The notes below the pieces were generated by a model. It was not told the DNA's origin and searched no databases. It saw only the letters and a program-made list of their open reading frames with translations. Of a DNA stretch of 64,000 bases, positions 37,346 to 47,620 are shown one piece after another. A program made the position numbers and the translations under genes. Source of the DNA: Candidatus Marinacidobacterales bacterium (GTDB taxonomy: Bacteria; Acidobacteriota; Vicinamibacteria; Marinacidobacterales; SMYC01). Location: the NCBI GenBank assembly GCA_965224085.1, contig CBDCYI010000005.1:256001-320000 (forward strand). Direction: 5' to 3'. How positions within the stretch are numbered: the first letter of the stretch is position 1; each line of letters opens with the position of its first letter.

Positions 37346-38339
37346 CCACCTCCTCTTTCTGGTCGACCCGTTGATCGCGAGCGACATCCTAGGTCCCAGA
37401 CCGGATCGCCTTGCCTTGCTCGAGCTGGTTGGCGCGGCCATACTTGCGGCACGACCGCGCCAGCCCGCTCTGGGTGGCTAGAGATCCTATGCCTTAGAAC
37501 CGGTAGTTGAACTGCAATTGCAGCCCTCGAGGTTCGACGAAGCATTGGTTCCTCTCCTGTTTGCTAACCGTTCCGTCAGTGTAGTCGGCTAAGTAGTGGG
37601 GGTTGGTAATCTCAAGAGGACCGTAGCAACTCGCACACCAGTAACGGCCTGAGCTTGCATAGTTTACTCCCGGCTAAAATTCGGCGCGGGCGGCGGCAGG
37701 TCGATGACACCTGACACTCTCCCTAGGTACCGCATCTTAGCGTTCGAGTCGACGGTAAGTCAAAATAATTATGCTTCTAACGCTAAAAGCGAAGGTAACC
37801 CCAACTTGGTTGAAAGTTGAAACGGCTCCTAAAACCGTGGCTGGATTTCTGTTGAAGAGAGCACCGTCCTGTCAGTTTTCGGGATCGTCAAGGCCAATCC
37901 GTCTAACTGCCGCGATTCAGCCATTAGCAACATTGATAGAGCGATAAATCGAAAATAGTATTGACCGGCGATCCGAACAAGCGTAACATCGGCGCCGCGA
38001 CGAGAATCGGTAAGGGTGGGCTAGAAATCGCACCAGTATTCTGAGCGTCTTCAGCAATGGCAAACTGGCATGTCCCCCCGGCTGGTGCCGGTCCTACATC
38101 AGACAAGAAACTGGATGTAGTTTCGGATCAGCGGGATGAGTCAATAAGGAGGTGTTGCCCTATTCACAAAACGGCGACGCAGACCTCAACCCTACTAAGC
38201 TTTGGCCGGAGCCGGAAAAAAGGCGAGTCCGGCGTTACGCTAGTAACGAGTCGGTCGGAGGACGCGCGGCAGTCCACTTTTCGTGCTTCCTCGAAGGGTC
38301 TCTGGACGCGACTCCAACGATAGGAGAGGAGAAAACCCG

Positions 38340-39176
38340 ATGGAACGACAACCGAAAATCACGCAAGGACGGCTGCTGAGCGTGTTCTTGGTAGCCCTGG
38401 TAGCCAGTCCATTGGCGGCCACTGAGGAGAAGAACAACCTCATTTCACTGCTTGAGGCGGGCAAACCCGCCATCGGCATCTGGACCTCGGTAGGCTCGTC
38501 GCGGATGGCGAAAGTGCATGCCACCAGCGATTTGGACTTTATCGTCGTTGATATAGAGCACGACGTTCAGGACTTTCCCGCGTTGCGTCGCTTTCTACTC
38601 GAAGTCCAGGATTTTCATCACCGCTTCCGGACGGAGGCGCGACCGGCGCCGGTTGTCCTTATCAAGACCGGCCATCGGGCGACTTGGAATGCGCAGTTTG
38701 AAATCGCTCAATCTCTGAAGGCGGGACCAGCGATGGGTGTGTGGGTGCCGTTTGTCGAAAGTCGGGCGGATTTGGAGCAGGTTATCTCCGCGGTTCGGCA
38801 CGCGGAAACGTTGTACGGGTCCGGCATTAATGTACCCCTTGGGGAGGCGGACGTGTGGCCGCTCAACCCCAAAGGGCAGATCCTCGTGGTGGCTATGATC
38901 GAGTCTGAGAAGGGCGTGCGCAATGCGAGGGAAATCATTGAGACGCCGGGAGTGGGAGCTATCGCCACGGCCCACGTCTCGCGAGAAGATGCCGCTCTCA
39001 TCCACAAGATCTGTTTGGAGGTCGGGGTGGTCTCGGCGGCGAATGCTAGGCCGGATACGATCAAAGCCAGGGTTGATGCGGGTTACAAGTTGATAAGCCT
39101 CGGTTGGGACTTCGGAATGTTACATCGTCATCTGTCCGAGACTCTCAAAGGTATGCGCACCGCGTTGTCGAAATAG
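38340..39176 (+). CDS. HpcH/HpaI aldolase family protein with predicted signal peptide
   Basis: LDFIVVDIEH, GVWVPFVES, WPLNPKG.ILVVAMIESEKGV.N..EI..TPGV. Confidence 0.8.
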   Translation: MERQPKITQGRLLSVFLVALVASPLAATEEKNNLISLLEAGKPAIGIWTSVGSSRMAKVHATSDLDFIVVDIEHDVQDFPALRRFLLEVQDFHHRFRTEARPAPVVLIKTGHRATWNAQFEIAQSLKAGPAMGVWVPFVESRADLEQVISAVRHAETLYGSGINVPLGEADVWPLNPKGQILVVAMIESEKGVRNAREIIETPGVGAIATAHVSREDAALIHKICLEVGVVSAANARPDTIKARVDAGYKLISLGWDFGMLHRHLSETLKGMRTALSK

Positions 39177-39336
39177 CTTGTTCTATGCGGCTCTGTCGGA
39201 GCCGACAGGAGAGGGCATACCGACACAGCCGGCTCTCAAGGAGTAAGGTTTCATCAGTAGAAGCTGTCGCCGGAGTCATTGAGTGGGAGGCTCTGTGCAT
39301 TTTACTTATCCCGGATAGGTTATTCCCTGCCAGGAG

Positions 39337-40740
39337 GTGAACATGGCGCCCGAAGACGTCGCTTATTCTAGTATGACCGAGCTGTCCCGCCAGGTCCGAT
39401 CCAAAGAGGTGTCGCCGGTGGAGCTCACTGAGCTTTACCTCAGCAGGATCAAGCGGCTAGATCCTCAACTGCTGGCGGTCATCACGTTGACCGAAGAGCT
39501 CGCTCTTCGTGAGGCGCGGCAAGCGGAGCAGGAGATAGCGAACGGTCAGTATCGAGGACCGCTCCATGGCATTCCATATGGCGCCAAGGATTTGCTGGAC
39601 ACCAAGGGTATCCGCACTACCTGGGGGATCAAATATCACGAGAACCGGGTGCCGGGCGAGGACGCCACAGTGGTCACGAAGCTTCGCGAGGCCGGCGCCG
39701 TTCTGGTCGCCAAGCTGGTGACGGGCGAGCTGGCTCGAGGAGCCCGATGGTACGGCGGCACGACCCGCTGTCCCTGGGACACCGCGCGCTCCAGCGGCGG
39801 TTCCTCAGCGGGACCGGGCGCTGCCACGGCGGCGGGCATGGTAGGTTTTTCCATTGGCACTGAGACCTTCGGCTCGCTTCTGGGCCCGTCGGCCGCGAAT
39901 GGCCTGAGTGGCCTCCGACCCACCTATGGCCGGGTGAGCCGGGCGGGTGCGATGGCGCTGGGGTGGAGCATCGACAAGATCGGTCCCATGTGCCGCAGCG
40001 TTGAGGATTGCATGACCGTTCTAGAGGCGATTAGCGGTTCGGACCCGCGCGACCCTTGCGCGGTTGACATGCCGCTTCAATGGGATCCCGGCGTGCCGGT
40101 GGGCAATCTTCGGGTGGGTTTCGTCGAGGAGGAGTTCCAAGCCCTGAGCGGGGAGAAAGGGACCGTCCTGGGCCAGGCGTTCAAGGATATCGAGAAGCTT
40201 GGGGTGAGGCTAAAACCGATCCAGCTTCCTGACTATCCGTATCAGGAGGTTTTTCAGATGGTGAGGGGGGGGGAGGCTGCGCTATTCCATGAAGACCTCA
40301 TTCTCGAAGATCACCTTGCCACACTCAGTGACGACGCCCCCAGGGCATGGAAGAACCTGCTGCCGATGGCTCGACTAACTCCGGCGGTGCTTTATCTCAA
40401 AGCCCAACAGATTCGCACTCTGATGCAGGCGGATGCCAGTCGGATCCTGCAAGAGGTGGACGTGTGGATCGCACCGGCGGGCGGGCCAGCCCGTCTGGTT
40501 GAGCGACCCCGTTCGGAGGGGCCGGCGGCCCCGCCATCCGCCCGCCCACCGCGGGCGAAAACCAGTCCAATGACGAACCTCAGCGGCCACCCGGCCATCT
40601 GCATTCCGGCGGGTTTCGTGGAGGGACTTCCAGTGGGAATGCAAATTGTAGGCCGCGACTTTGACGAAGCGACGACTTGTAGGCTTGCGCTGGCGTATCA
40701 GGCAGCCACCGGCTGGCACGAGCGCCATCCCAATTTGTAG
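39337..40740 (+). CDS. Amidase signature family enzyme
   Basis: GPLHGIPYGAKDL (Lys), SSGGSSAG, IGTETFGS (Ser), GLRPTYGRVSR, NLSGHPAI, GLPVGMQ. Confidence 0.93.
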   Translation: MNMAPEDVAYSSMTELSRQVRSKEVSPVELTELYLSRIKRLDPQLLAVITLTEELALREARQAEQEIANGQYRGPLHGIPYGAKDLLDTKGIRTTWGIKYHENRVPGEDATVVTKLREAGAVLVAKLVTGELARGARWYGGTTRCPWDTARSSGGSSAGPGAATAAGMVGFSIGTETFGSLLGPSAANGLSGLRPTYGRVSRAGAMALGWSIDKIGPMCRSVEDCMTVLEAISGSDPRDPCAVDMPLQWDPGVPVGNLRVGFVEEEFQALSGEKGTVLGQAFKDIEKLGVRLKPIQLPDYPYQEVFQMVRGGEAALFHEDLILEDHLATLSDDAPRAWKNLLPMARLTPAVLYLKAQQIRTLMQADASRILQEVDVWIAPAGGPARLVERPRSEGPAAPPSARPPRAKTSPMTNLSGHPAICIPAGFVEGLPVGMQIVGRDFDEATTCRLALAYQAATGWHERHPNL

Positions 40741-40764
40741 CCAATAGAAGAAAGGGTAGACGAG

Positions 40765-41043
40765 ATGAGTCAGGTAGAACGACGAACTTTTGCCGCGGCC
40801 CTAGGGGGCCTCATGTTGTCTCCGGCTTTACTTGCGACCGCGACCCAGGAGATCCAGGATACGGAATCGATCTCACGACAAACCCTGGCCGCGATCCTCG
40901 AGCTAAGTGGCCAGACGATGACCGAGGAGCAGATGAACCGCACCCGCCAAGCGCTCGAGATGCTGATCCGGGATTTCGAGCCGATCCGGAAGTTCAAAAT
41001 GCCCCCGGGCGTCGAGCCTTCGACTTGCTTTCGGGCGCGCTGA
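40765..41043 (+). CDS. Small Tat-signal protein, GatC/AtzG-like amidase partner (putative)
   Basis: ERRTF + hydrophobic stretch + LLA; helical body; C-terminal EPSTCFR; starts 24 nt after the amidase stop. Confidence 0.65.
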   Translation: MSQVERRTFAAALGGLMLSPALLATATQEIQDTESISRQTLAAILELSGQTMTEEQMNRTRQALEMLIRDFEPIRKFKMPPGVEPSTCFRAR

Positions 41044-41349
41044 GCCGATCTCGCCGGGTCGACATTCTGTTCACTTCTGGGGGGTTCTCGCCGGGACCCC
41101 GCATTCCCAACCGTCAGGGCTAGCGTCGTTATTTTCATTCCCCCCCTGCCACGGTAGTCGTTGTACCGCCAGCTTACACTCGAGCTGAACGCGTTGAGTC
41201 CGCCCACGCACCCTGATTGGCTTTAGCGGGTCGGCTACGCGCACATGGCGCTCGCTGGCTCGACCTCGAACGAGGTCTACTTCACGATGCGGCGCCGATT
41301 TACAAGCGACCGGGCGTGTTGTAGGGTGTTGGTCAACAAAAGGGGTTCT

Positions 41350-42051
41350 ATGCAAGCTTTGACGTTCAGGGTGGGTCTGATCGTGCCGTCCTCCAACACC
41401 GTAATGGAGCCGGATATGCACTGGCATCTCGGTGAAACATGTGCGGTCAGCACATCGCGGACGATGCTTGAAGAAGCCACGCGGAAGGCCGAAACCCGGA
41501 TGTTGCGGGAAGACCTGCCACGCTCCATACGGCTGATCGCCACGACCGACCCGCACGTGACCGTCTTCGGTTGCACCTCGGCGGGATCGCTTGGTGGGGT
41601 CTCCCACGACACGCAGATCAGAGAAGCCATCGAACGCGAGACAGGCGGACGAGGAGTGACCGTTGTCGCTTCGGTCTTGTCCCAGCTCGATAAGCGCCAG
41701 GTGCGCCGGTTGGCGGTGTTCACCCCCTACCTGCAGGAGCTGACCGAGTCCGTGACGGGCTGCCTTACGGAAAGCGGATACGCACTCGTCAAAGTCGCGG
41801 GCATGGGCATTCTCAAAAACCGCGACATCGGTGAGGTGACACCGGCTGAGATAGAAGACTTCGTCGTCGGCCACATGGATGGAATCGATGCCGACTGTGT
41901 TTTCCTTTCGTGTACGAACTGGCAGGCGATCGGCGCGATCGAAGCTTTGCGCGCGCGGTTCGGCATACCCGTTATTTCCAGCAATCAGGCGACGATCGAG
42001 ACGGTCCGCGAGGCAGTCGCCGAATCAGCCACGACCGCAACAAGAATTTAA
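41350..42051 (+). CDS. Maleate cis-trans isomerase / Asp-Glu racemase family protein
   Basis: RVGLIVPSSNTVMEP; GCTS and SCTN catalytic cysteines; TPY; PVISSNQA. Confidence 0.88.
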   Translation: MQALTFRVGLIVPSSNTVMEPDMHWHLGETCAVSTSRTMLEEATRKAETRMLREDLPRSIRLIATTDPHVTVFGCTSAGSLGGVSHDTQIREAIERETGGRGVTVVASVLSQLDKRQVRRLAVFTPYLQELTESVTGCLTESGYALVKVAGMGILKNRDIGEVTPAEIEDFVVGHMDGIDADCVFLSCTNWQAIGAIEALRARFGIPVISSNQATIETVREAVAESATTATRI

Positions 42052-42183
42052 ACTGTATCCGTACAGACCGCACCGACACTCCATGGGGGGCGTCCGGTGT
42101 TTGAGTTCCCGCGAAACGCGAGTTAGGACAGGTCTTGGAGCACTCGTTCACGTTGGGGTGCGTCCTACGCTAATAGGTTACGG

Positions 42184-42285
42184 ATGACCGTTTATTGGAT
42201 CCTGGCGTCCGCGCTGGCCATCGCGCTGGTCCCGTTGATACTAACGCTGGCACTAAAACGGATCGAGCGTAAGGATCGCCGCTAA
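42184..42285 (+). CDS. 33-aa single-TM small protein, probable symporter accessory subunit
   Basis: MTVYWILASALAIALVPLILTLALKRIERKDRR; its stop TAA overlaps the ATG of the symporter (TAATG). Below the ORF-track cutoff. Confidence 0.6.
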   Translation: MTVYWILASALAIALVPLILTLALKRIERKDRR

Positions 42286-43721
42286 TGGACTACGTGCTCT
42301 TGGCGGCTTTCATCGTCTATTCGCTGTTCGTCCTTTCGGTTGGAGTCTGGGGCTATCGGAAGGAATCCTTCGCCGCCTATGCCGTCGCGGACCGGTCGAT
42401 CGGCACGCCTCTCGCCACGGGCGCGTTCGTCGCCACGTTCCTCTCAGCGATTACGGTCATCGGGGTGTCGGGCTATGCCTCGCGCTACGGCTGGTCCGCG
42501 GCCGCGCTCACCTGCTATGGATACGCGCTGGGATGGATACTGTTGGTTGTCGCAGCCAAGAAGATGCATCGATCGGGGTTGACCACCGTCCCGGAATTCT
42601 TGCGAACGCGATACGAATCCATCGGCCTGGGCGTCTTTTCGGCGGTGGCGATCATCTCGCTCTATTCCATCACTCTCATCGTTCAGCTGCTCGGCGTCGC
42701 GATAACGCTGAACATGCTGATCGGCTTTGCCATGCCCCTGGCGATTCTGCTCGTCGGAGTCATCTTCGTGACCTACACCGTGCTGGGCGGTCTCACCTCG
42801 GTTGTTCGAACGGACATGATTCAGGCGGTTCTGCTCGGCGGCGGGGTTTTGGTCGGGGCGACCGTCGTTCTCTGGAAGACCGGTTTTGCCGTGATCCATG
42901 CTCCTCCGGAGCCGTTATCTCATTTCTTCGGAGGCAGCGTCTCGAACGCGAGCGACCTCATCGGCTGGGCCTTGGTCTGGGGGCTGGGCATACCGACCCA
43001 GTCCTACTATCTGCACCGTTTCTATGCCAGCCGCGACACCAACGCCGCGCGTATGCAGATTGCCCTGGGTAGCCTCGTGATCATGGTGCTGCTGCTTTCG
43101 GTGATCATCTGCGGCGTCGGCGCCGGAATGCTGATTCCGCCCGATCAGGTGGGCGATGGAGCGTTCGCCTATCTTTTTAAGAACGTCATCGGAGGGTGGG
43201 TCAGCGTCTTCATCCTGCTGGCCGTCACGGCTTCCGTTCATTCGACCACGGACGGATTGCTGCATGTGGTCGGTCTGTACTTTGCGGTCGACGTATACAA
43301 GTCCGCCAGGAACGAGGCGAGCGAAGCGCAACTGCTCCGCGTCAGCCGGCAGGCGACACTTGTTTTCGGGATGACGGTCACGCTGCTCGCGGCTTACGTC
43401 TCCTTGAACCCGGTTCCGCTGATCAGCTTGATCGGCGCTATCGCGTGGGGCGGCATGGCGTCGACGTTGTTCGCGCCACTGTTCTTCGGACTGTTCTGGC
43501 GGAGGGCCACGCGCGCCGGCGCGATCGCGAGCTCGGTGGGGGGGTTGACGTTTGCGGTGGGCGCTTTCTACCTGAAGCAGTTGGGTGTGTTTGCATTTCA
43601 CGAGATCTATCCGGGAATTATCGCTTCTTTCGCGTTGATGGTTGCGGTCTCCTTGGGCACGCGGCCGAACACGGAGCAAGCCATCAACCGGTTCTTCGCA
43701 GCGAGCGTAGGAACCGACTAG
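42285..43721 (+). CDS. Sodium:solute symporter family protein
   Basis: YAVADRS, SAITVIG, TVPEFLRTRY, YTVLGGL.SVVRTD.IQ, STTDG, LFWRRAT..GA; about 13 TM segments. Confidence 0.92.
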   Translation: MDYVLLAAFIVYSLFVLSVGVWGYRKESFAAYAVADRSIGTPLATGAFVATFLSAITVIGVSGYASRYGWSAAALTCYGYALGWILLVVAAKKMHRSGLTTVPEFLRTRYESIGLGVFSAVAIISLYSITLIVQLLGVAITLNMLIGFAMPLAILLVGVIFVTYTVLGGLTSVVRTDMIQAVLLGGGVLVGATVVLWKTGFAVIHAPPEPLSHFFGGSVSNASDLIGWALVWGLGIPTQSYYLHRFYASRDTNAARMQIALGSLVIMVLLLSVIICGVGAGMLIPPDQVGDGAFAYLFKNVIGGWVSVFILLAVTASVHSTTDGLLHVVGLYFAVDVYKSARNEASEAQLLRVSRQATLVFGMTVTLLAAYVSLNPVPLISLIGAIAWGGMASTLFAPLFFGLFWRRATRAGAIASSVGGLTFAVGAFYLKQLGVFAFHEIYPGIIASFALMVAVSLGTRPNTEQAINRFFAASVGTD

Positions 43722-44051
43722 GAGTTGGGGCTCTCTCGAGACCTCTGCGTTCGTTCTTTGCATGCGAGAAGTGCGGTCGTCATAGATGGTGCAAATATGC
43801 GAAGCTTGACGCGCATGTTCCGGGCCGTTTGACGGACATTCAGGAGGTCGCGGGTTTGACATTCGTCAGCTCCCACCAACTTACAGGAATTGAGAACGCG
43901 AAGATCAACTCCCGATCTTTCTCAATATTTGAGCGCCCGCCGTCGAGCAGCATCGAGGGCGTATCTCCGTCGATAGTGAGCTTGGACGGGGCACGCGTTT
44001 CTTGATTCGTCTCCCGCTCGATGGAATCGAGTCCACGGATACGGCGTCCGC

Positions 44052-44728
44052 TTAGGTGCCCGCTGCTCTTTTGGTAGCCGCGGTGAGGTGCATGCCGATG
44101 AGCCTCGCCACGATGACCGCCAAATACAGTTGCCCGCAAAGGGCTTCGACAACGGCGAGCGAACGAGCACCAGAGCTCACCGGCGTGATATCGCCGTAGC
44201 CGAGCGTGGTCAAAGTCACGAAGCTGAAATACACGAGTTTCGACGTCCGTTGAAGAGGCGACAGTGGCTCTGGCAGGATGTCGAACGAACCGGGGTATCG
44301 CCTGTTCGACGAGGACATAGAGCGAAGACCACATCAGCCCCAGCAGCATGTACACGGCGAGAACGCCGCAGATTCTCGCCGCCGTGACGCGGCCGCTTCG
44401 GAGACAATCAACAAGAACGATCCAGGAGGCGAACCCCAAGGAGGCAAGAGAGAGGACCTCGGACAACGTTGCTACGGCGTGGCCGCCCTGCCAGAACTGC
44501 AACCACCGGAGTAACAAGGCCGGCACGACCAGCGTAACGGCTACGAGAAAGTGGTGACGCCGTCGCGCTCACGGAGAACAGCGCTGATACTAAGACCCCG
44601 GTGAAAAGCAGCTGCAAAAACATCGGCGCGAAAGCACGATGCTCCACGAACGGGTACGCGAGAAAAAGGAGCAAAATCGAGACGAGAAGCGTCACGAGAC
44701 GTTTCGGATCATTAGCGTCATTGGACAT
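44052..44728 (-). pseudogene. Frameshifted potassium-channel family (Ion_trans_2) protein
   Basis: Coding sequence is split over three frames (44728-, 44526-, 44318-); pore motif YFSFVTLTTLGYGDITP and GQLYLAVIVARLIG. Confidence 0.8.
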
Positions 44729-45112
44729 AGGAGCTCTCCATTCGCTTTAGTTCTGGTGCCGTGTCGCGGCGTTTTTTGCCAACACGAACGATAGTCAAAC
44801 TGTGTACGGTCTTTGGTCCTTGAATTGCTACGACTCCACCTCCGAGGACCGAAAGGCCCGCAACCGGTGTCGGATCTGGGCTCTAGTTGCCCTCTACATA
44901 GCCCATAAATCCGTGCAACCCCGCCCTATCTGCTCTGAAATCACGGTTTTCGCAAGCTTGACGCTGGCTCGGTGCAAGTAAGTCGCCGCGCGCGCGCACC
45001 GGAAGTGTCCTGTCTCGAATACTTACAGCGATCTCCTCAAGAATAGTCACGCGAACGGCTCACCGCCGGGAGATGCCCCATCCGAGGGGCACCAGCCGCA
45101 ATCGTCTCGAGA

Positions 45113-45830
45113 TCACGCTTGGGGTGCGTTCAGGAGACGGTCGAGAAGGCCAAGTTCAACGGTGAAGTCTTGGTCATCGATTTCTAGTTCGACTTTTGCC
45201 GCGATACGGAGTAACTCTTCCCGGTCACGTGATCCTGGGACGAGCGCTAGAGCGTACTTACGAACGTCCGGTTCGTTTGCGCGTAGCAACGTCTCCACTT
45301 CTTCTCGTCCAAGCGCGACCTTTTGTGCAGCCAAGCGCTCTATCGCGATGCGCCTCACGTCAGCATCGCGAGCCGAATCAAGGGCGTCGACTAGCGGTTC
45401 CAGGACGTTCTCGGTCGAACTCTGGTGGCTCGCCACGTTCAATAGCTCGGAGGTGTCACCACGGAGAGCCATCGGTAGCGTTGATACGAGAAAGATGCTC
45501 GCGCTCTGTCGAATGAACGAACCGCGGCCCGCCTCTCGATCTCCTGGTGCGACGAGAAAAGTCGGCACACGATCCACACTCTGTTGATAGACGTCGAGAA
45601 TGTCGGGGTCTCGCATGGAAGTGCCAAGAAAAACTGCAAGCTCAGTATCATTTTTCGATGTGCGCCGAAACTCGTGGTTGATGTCTGGGTACGGCGGTAG
45701 ATTGATCTTCTTCTCGCGTGAGGGCAGTACTGCCGCGCTTTGAACGACTAGATTCGGTGTGACCTGAATGTTGACTCTGCCATACAAAGGCATCGCGTGC
45801 CTCAGCTTAACAACACGATTGTCCTCATTG
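45113..45830 (-). pseudogene. Truncated SIR2-like domain + HEAT-like repeat protein fragment
   Basis: VVKL...VLPSREKK...PY......F......AVFLGTSMRDPDI resembles a SIR2_2 C-terminal half; DADVRRIAIERL / EPDVRKYAL are HEAT-like. The upstream part of the listed ORF is antisense to another gene. Confidence 0.45.
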
Positions 45831-45839
45831 GCGTGTCGT

Positions 45840-47485
45840 AGAGTGGGCACATCGCGCCCAAGCCCGAGGATCCCGACATTGTGATCGCCGGAGCCATCGG
45901 AAGTGGGCCGGGTGGAGTCGGCATACTCAAAAAGTACAATCACCGCACTGGACTGGGTGGTGGCCGAGTCATCAACGTCTGGCCGGAGGATACGCACAGC
46001 TCGCACAGCGTCAAGGATCAGAAGTACCGCTTCAATTGGATCTACCCGATCCTCTTCTCGCCGCATGATCCCGATATCCTCTACGTGGCCGGGAACGTGG
46101 TCTTTCGGTCGATGGACCTGGGGCAGAGCTGGGGACATCATCAGTCCCGACCTCACGAAAAATGACATGAGCGTGATGGTGCCGGTCAGCGGGGGGCCGA
46201 TCAGTTCTTTGGGGTTCGGGCAAACCTTCACCAGCGTCATCATGTTGCTCGCCGAGTCGCCTCTGAGAGCCGGTGAGTTATGGGCTGGCTCGGACGACGG
46301 TCTCGTTCAGCTGTCCCGCGACGGCGGCAAAACGTGGACGAACATCTCGTCGGCGGATTGGCCCGTTTGGCTCCGAATCAACACCATCGATCTCTCGCGT
46401 CACGATCCCGCGACCAGCCTACCTGGCCGCGAATCGTTACCTCATGGACGATCAGCGCCCGTATCTCTTCAAGACCACCGACTACGGCGAGACATGGCAG
46501 GAGATCACTAACGGATCGGCGAAAACGACTTCGCGCGAGTGATCCGCGAAGACCCGGTCCGCCCAGGTCTGCTCTATGCCGGGGCCGAAAGGGTGTGTAC
46601 GTGTCCTTCGATGCCGGTGCATCCTGGCAGTCGCTGCAGCTCAATCTGCCGGCGGCCCCGGTTCACGATCTCCTCGTGAAAGACGCCGACGTGGTGATCG
46701 GCACACACGGGCGCTCCTTCTGGATCCTGGACGACGTGGCACCGCTTCGTCAGATCACGGACCGAAGTGACACGGTCTTCGGTGCACCTGTTCAGCGTCA
46801 AACCCACGTACCGTCTCATGGGCCGCCGCTCCGCCAGTGTTAGAGCAGGGGAAGCTCTTCGCGTATACGGCTACGGACGGGCCGCCGGTGATGCCGTCGC
46901 TTTCCGGGAGGTCGAGGGTCCGAATGGCGAGATCAAACGTTACTACTTGAACGCCGGACACAACCCGCCGGATGGGGTTGCGGTGACCTACTATCTGAAG
47001 GAGAGGCCAGCGGAGGAGGTCAGTCTGACCTTCAAGGACCAAAATGGCGATGTGATCAAGCGCTTCTCGACCAGTGCGGACCCGCGGGTGCCTGCGCAGG
47101 CGGGGACGAACCGCATCGTGTGGGACATGCGCTACCCCAACGCGCGCCAGCTTTCCCCGGGTGCGGCGCTTTCCTCAATGGAGTGGAGGAGCGCGAGCGG
47201 CGCGCCGGGCAGGCACGGATCAAAGACGCAGCCGAGCGCATCAAGACAAGACTGGCGACGATTGAGACGGGCCTGACGCGCGTCGTCGGTCGAAATCCTA
47301 TGCACCTGCCTCCCAAGGGACTGCACCAGAAGCTTGCGACCTTGACGAATGCGATCGGCAACGCCGACGGCGCACCGACCCGCTGGACCTATACCGTGGT
47401 CGAAGAGCTGTCGGCCCGGCTGGCGGAGCACGTCAAGGAGCTGAACGCCCTCGTAGATTCAGACCTCACGGCTTGTCTCAAGTAG
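45840..47485 (+). pseudogene. Multiply frameshifted, 5'-truncated VPS10/BNR-repeat glycosyl hydrolase-like gene
   Basis: Fragments across frames: YRFNWIYPILFSPHDP, ISPDLT, LWAGSDDGLVQLSRDGGKTW, KTTDYGETW, WQSLQLNLP..PVHDL, GTHGRSFWILDD, NPPDG, WDMRY. Confidence 0.82.
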
Positions 47486-47620
47486 GCGCAGACCCGGCAT
47501 GCCGGCGCGCCGGGTCCACCACTTGCAGACGGAAGCGGGCCTGTCACTCCACCAGCCTCAGCCTGCTTACACAACGCACAAGCTTGGATTTTCTATCTTT
47601 TCCGCGGCCGAGCTGCCGGC

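Noticed and set aside
1103-37879. 13-bp repeat TCCTGTCAGTTTT at ~1103 and ~37867
   Set aside because: Too short and without extended similarity; cannot be distinguished from chance.
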